A stretch of DNA of 64,000 bases, from the NCBI RefSeq assembly GCF_009914755.1, contig NC_060947.1; one strand, written 5' to 3'. Shown here one piece after another: positions 60,938 through 64,000 of the stretch (its first letter is position 1; the number at the start of each line of letters is the position of its first letter). This stretch comes from the human T2T-CHM13v2.0 reference genome, Homo sapiens. The notes below the pieces were generated by a model. It was not told the origin of the DNA. It was given only the letters and a program-made list of their open reading frames with translations, and ran no database searches. The translations under genes and the position numbers were made by a program.

Positions 60938-61062
60938 TACATGTAACGATGTGAATAAATTTCAGATATTTTGCTGAGAAAAAAGGCCAGACACAAAAAG
61001 GGACATATTATATGATTCTATTTATGTATATGAACTTCTAAAACATGCAGAACTGCTCTATG

Positions 61063-61303
61063 CAGCAGTTCTCAGACTCAGTTGTGCAACAGGATCACCT
61101 GGAGAGCTTGTTAAAACACAATTTTCCGGGCCCTGCTCCCAGTTTCCAACTCAGTTGGTCTGGGGTGGGGGCTGAGAATTTTTTTAATATGTCTGTCTTT
61201 TCTTTCTAGTTTTACATTATTTAACACCATTTAACATCTCGTAGTCCAAGTTCCCTTTATTATTTTTCTAAGTTTTCTTGGTTATTATTGGGCTAGATGA
61301 TAT

Positions 61304-61341
<38 letters not shown>

Positions 61342-61735
61342 TTTAAGTTCTAGGGTACATGTGCACAATGTGCAGGTTTGTTACATAGGTATACATGTGC
61401 CATGTTGGTTTGCTGCACCCATTAACTCGTCATTTACATTAGGTATTTCTCCTAATGCTATCCCTCCCCCAACCCCCCACCCCACGATAGGCCCCCGTGT
61501 GTGATGTTCCCTGCCCTGTGTCCAAGTGTTCACAACAAACTGTCTCTCAGACCACAGTGCAATCAATTAGAATTCAGGATTAAGAAACTCACTCAAAACC
61601 ACACAACTACATGGAAACTGAACAACCTGCTCCTGAATCACTACTGGGTAAATAACAAAGAGAATTTGTGTTTCTAATAAGTTTCCAGATAATGCTGATG
61701 CTATTGGTTCGGAGTCTACAATTTGAGAGCCACTG
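61063..61735. mobile_element. MER5A split by a young L1 insertion
   Basis: Left half ends ...tctggggtgggggctgagaattt; right half gagaatttgtgtttctaataagtttcca...tttgagagccactg. Confidence 0.85.
61182..61659 (-). mobile_element. Short L1PA5-like insertion with 5' inversion and 3' transduction
   Basis: TSD gagaattt at 61174-61181 and 61660-61667. Antisense 3'UTR at 61341-61531, sense ORF2 endonuclease-region piece at 61532-61659, (TA)n at 61307-61340, non-L1 sequence at 61186-61305. Confidence 0.88.
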
Positions 61736-62019
61736 ATAGATGGTGATATAAGTCAGAACAGTGATTATCTGTTTGTTTGTGTGTGTGTGTGTGTGTGTGT
61801 ATGTGTGTGTGTGTGTGTTTGTGTGTGTGGAGGGCAGGCAGTATTGATGGGGAAGGAGTGTGAAGGAACTTGCTGGGATGTTGTAAATTTTCTATATTTT
61901 GACCTGGGTGGTAATCATGTAGCCACATATATAAGTAAAATGTTATACAGCTATACCCTTCAGATTTGTGCCTTTTACTTCATGTAAACCGTACCTTTAA
62001 TTAGAGGAAAGAACTGAAC

Positions 62020-62250
62020 TTTGGAATCAAACAAATTAAGTTTAAATTCCCATTTCTGCTACTTATCAATTCTGTGGTGTTTGGTAAGTTACTTCACTTA
62101 CATAAGCCCTGCTATTTTCATGTATAAAACAAGTTTATAATAGAACTACATCATAAGGTGATGGTGAGAATTCAGTAAGATCATCCTTATATCATCCTTA
62201 TACCATACTTGGCACAGAGTAAATACTTTGTAAGTATTTGCTATTATTTT
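62020..62250 (+). mobile_element. MIR SINE
   Basis: tttggaatcaaaca...tctgctacttatc...ggtaagttacttcac...ttggcacagagtaa. Confidence 0.8.
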
Positions 62251-62884
62251 AAGATGCAATTCTAATTTATAGGGATCAAGTAATTTTTCTCTCCTCCCCA
62301 ACCTCACGCTCCTATTTCTCCTCTCCATTTGCACTGACATTCTTCATCTTAGAAAAACCCTCATTCCTCATTTTTTAATACCACCTTGACTAGTAGAGCT
62401 TCTACTGAAACAGAGCTATTTCTTTTTCCATAATAATGCCAGCAGGCCCTGGCCTGGTACCACCTGCCTTCCTGATCAGCAAATAAGCAGCTCTATCAAT
62501 CAAGACAGCTGTTTCTTGCTGCTCATCATGGGTACGTAATGTTTCCTGAATGTTACTGAGAGTCTCTGGACTAGGTAAACTACCCATGAAATACAACTCA
62601 ACTTAGGTAAATAAGTTATAAATATGACTCAATGAAGACACCTCTCTGAGGAAATAATCCTGGCAATGGTTGGCTCCAAGGACACAAACCGAAGGTAAAT
62701 ATGTCCAGGTCACAGATTCAAGCTCTTTATCCCTGATTGCAGTTCTGCTGCAACTTACGGCCTCCATATTTTTTTGCTTTTTGGCTCTTTGAATACAGCT
62801 ACTTCTCAAAATCTACTCTACTGGGGGCATTTTCCTAATTATCTTATTACTGCCCCCTCTTATTTCATGATATCGGGTAAGGCA

Positions 62885-63330
62885 GCATTTAGTTTGATTT
62901 AAGGCATGCTGTCTGAGCCCTTTCTCTGGGCCAAGCACTGTGCCACCTGATGCAGATACAAAACCAAAGTATACCTGTTCCCTATCCTTGAGCATTCTGT
63001 GAACGGGGGTAAGAAAGCCATGTAAGTAGATGATGACAGATAAAGCAAGGTGTATCAAGATAATCCTGAAGAGGAGTATCTAGATCTATATTGGAAGGCA
63101 AGGCCTATGGGAGGAGTGCTAAGAAATGTTTCTTGGAAGAATTCACCTTTAAAAATTTTTAGAACAAGAAGTAGGCTAAAGGCAAGAGCTCCTTTCAGCA
63201 TAAAGGAAGAAGAGACAGGATGTTGTCTGGGTGTTTGGATGGGGAAATAAAATTTAAGGATGAGATTTTATGTGTAGGCAGGTATGAAATATCCCAGAGA
63301 TGATCAAGGAATGATGGGCTTGGTTGGGCC
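62885..63330 (-). mobile_element. L2 LINE 3' fragment
   Basis: ctgagccctttctctgggccaagcactgtgcc...gttccctatccttgag. Confidence 0.55.
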
Positions 63331-63375
63331 TAAAATAAGCATGGATAACCATTTTGCCAAGGGTCAGAGCTTATC

Positions 63376-63736
63376 CGAAGCATAGTTGTATCAAGAAACT
63401 TTTCTGCCATACCTTTTGGTGTGCATATACCCTGCATGAATAAACCCCCAAATTAACCTTTCTGGGCCTGAGGATAAAGGCCCCGAGAGCATAGATGCTA
63501 CTATTGAACTGGAAAGGACTTTGAACACACCCCCATGACACATAGCTCAGAAAGCTACAGACACCTAATGAGTCCTGGTCTGCTCTTCCCCACCTCTCCA
63601 TCCAACTTACGAAAAAAACCATTTATAAATTGGGAGGTTGAAGAGCCAAGAATAGGTGCAATAAAATATGTTGCTTTTGAAGATTGATTTTGTGCTTATT
63701 AGTGGGGAAAAGCAGCCTCACTTTTATTGCAAAGCC
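63376..63736 (-). pseudogene. Disabled exon encoding an Ig-like domain (fossil gene, most 5' exon seen)
   Basis: Minus-strand acceptor ctgtctaatcaattgcag| at 63737. One frame gives NIFYCTYSWLFNLPIYKWFF (B-strand Cys at 63660, Trp 13 residues later). A shifted frame (ORF 63371..63622) gives FILRPRKVNLGVYSCRVYAHQKVWQKSFLIQL (GxYxC, Cys at 63436). Donor degenerate (GGATAAGC). An internal GTAAGT...tttccag (63610-63510) could alternatively be a short intron. Confidence 0.6.
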
Positions 63737-64000
63737 CTGCAATTGATTAGACAGAGTGAAGACTCAACATTTTTTTCCAGTGTTTATATTAAAATGAATA
63801 AGGCATTTTGTTTTTCACAAGATTATTATGCAATGGCACAGCACATTTTTTCCATCCCCCTGTTTTATAAAGTGTTTCCTGTAGGCGGACCTGTTTTGTA
63901 ACTGTAACCCTGGCCCTTTATAATCGATCATGTCTCAGAGGTACTAACTCAATGTCCTCCAAGAAAGCACGTGAAATGCCATCTCTAAAAACTTGGGCCA

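Noticed and set aside
62402-62809. Two minus-strand ORFs between the Ig and CUB exons
   Set aside because: No convincing acceptor/donor pair or domain motif; left uncalled.

Overview
Primate (human-like) nuclear DNA dominated by transposable elements: L1 (L1PA4 to L1M/HAL1), Alu, MIR, L2, solo LTRs (MER11, LTR15, LTR16, MLT1, MLT2), Tigger1/2, MER5, MER20 and MADE1. It also holds a retroposed U3 snoRNA copy and a ~4.4 kb near-pure AT tandem-repeat expansion. No intact protein-coding gene is visible. The main unexplained signal lies in the unique DNA at both ends (~1-6.9 kb and ~57.6-63.7 kb): a series of minus-strand segments with AG/GT splice boundaries. Hand translation gives recognisable but disrupted immunoglobulin-like and CUB-like motifs. 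I interpret these as the remains of a large multi-exon extracellular or cell-surface gene (unprocessed, possibly unitary, pseudogene) with a ~50 kb repeat-filled intron. I cannot name the gene. Domain calls and repeat subfamilies were made by eye from remembered consensus motifs, not database searches. Repeat boundaries without a TSD are approximate.
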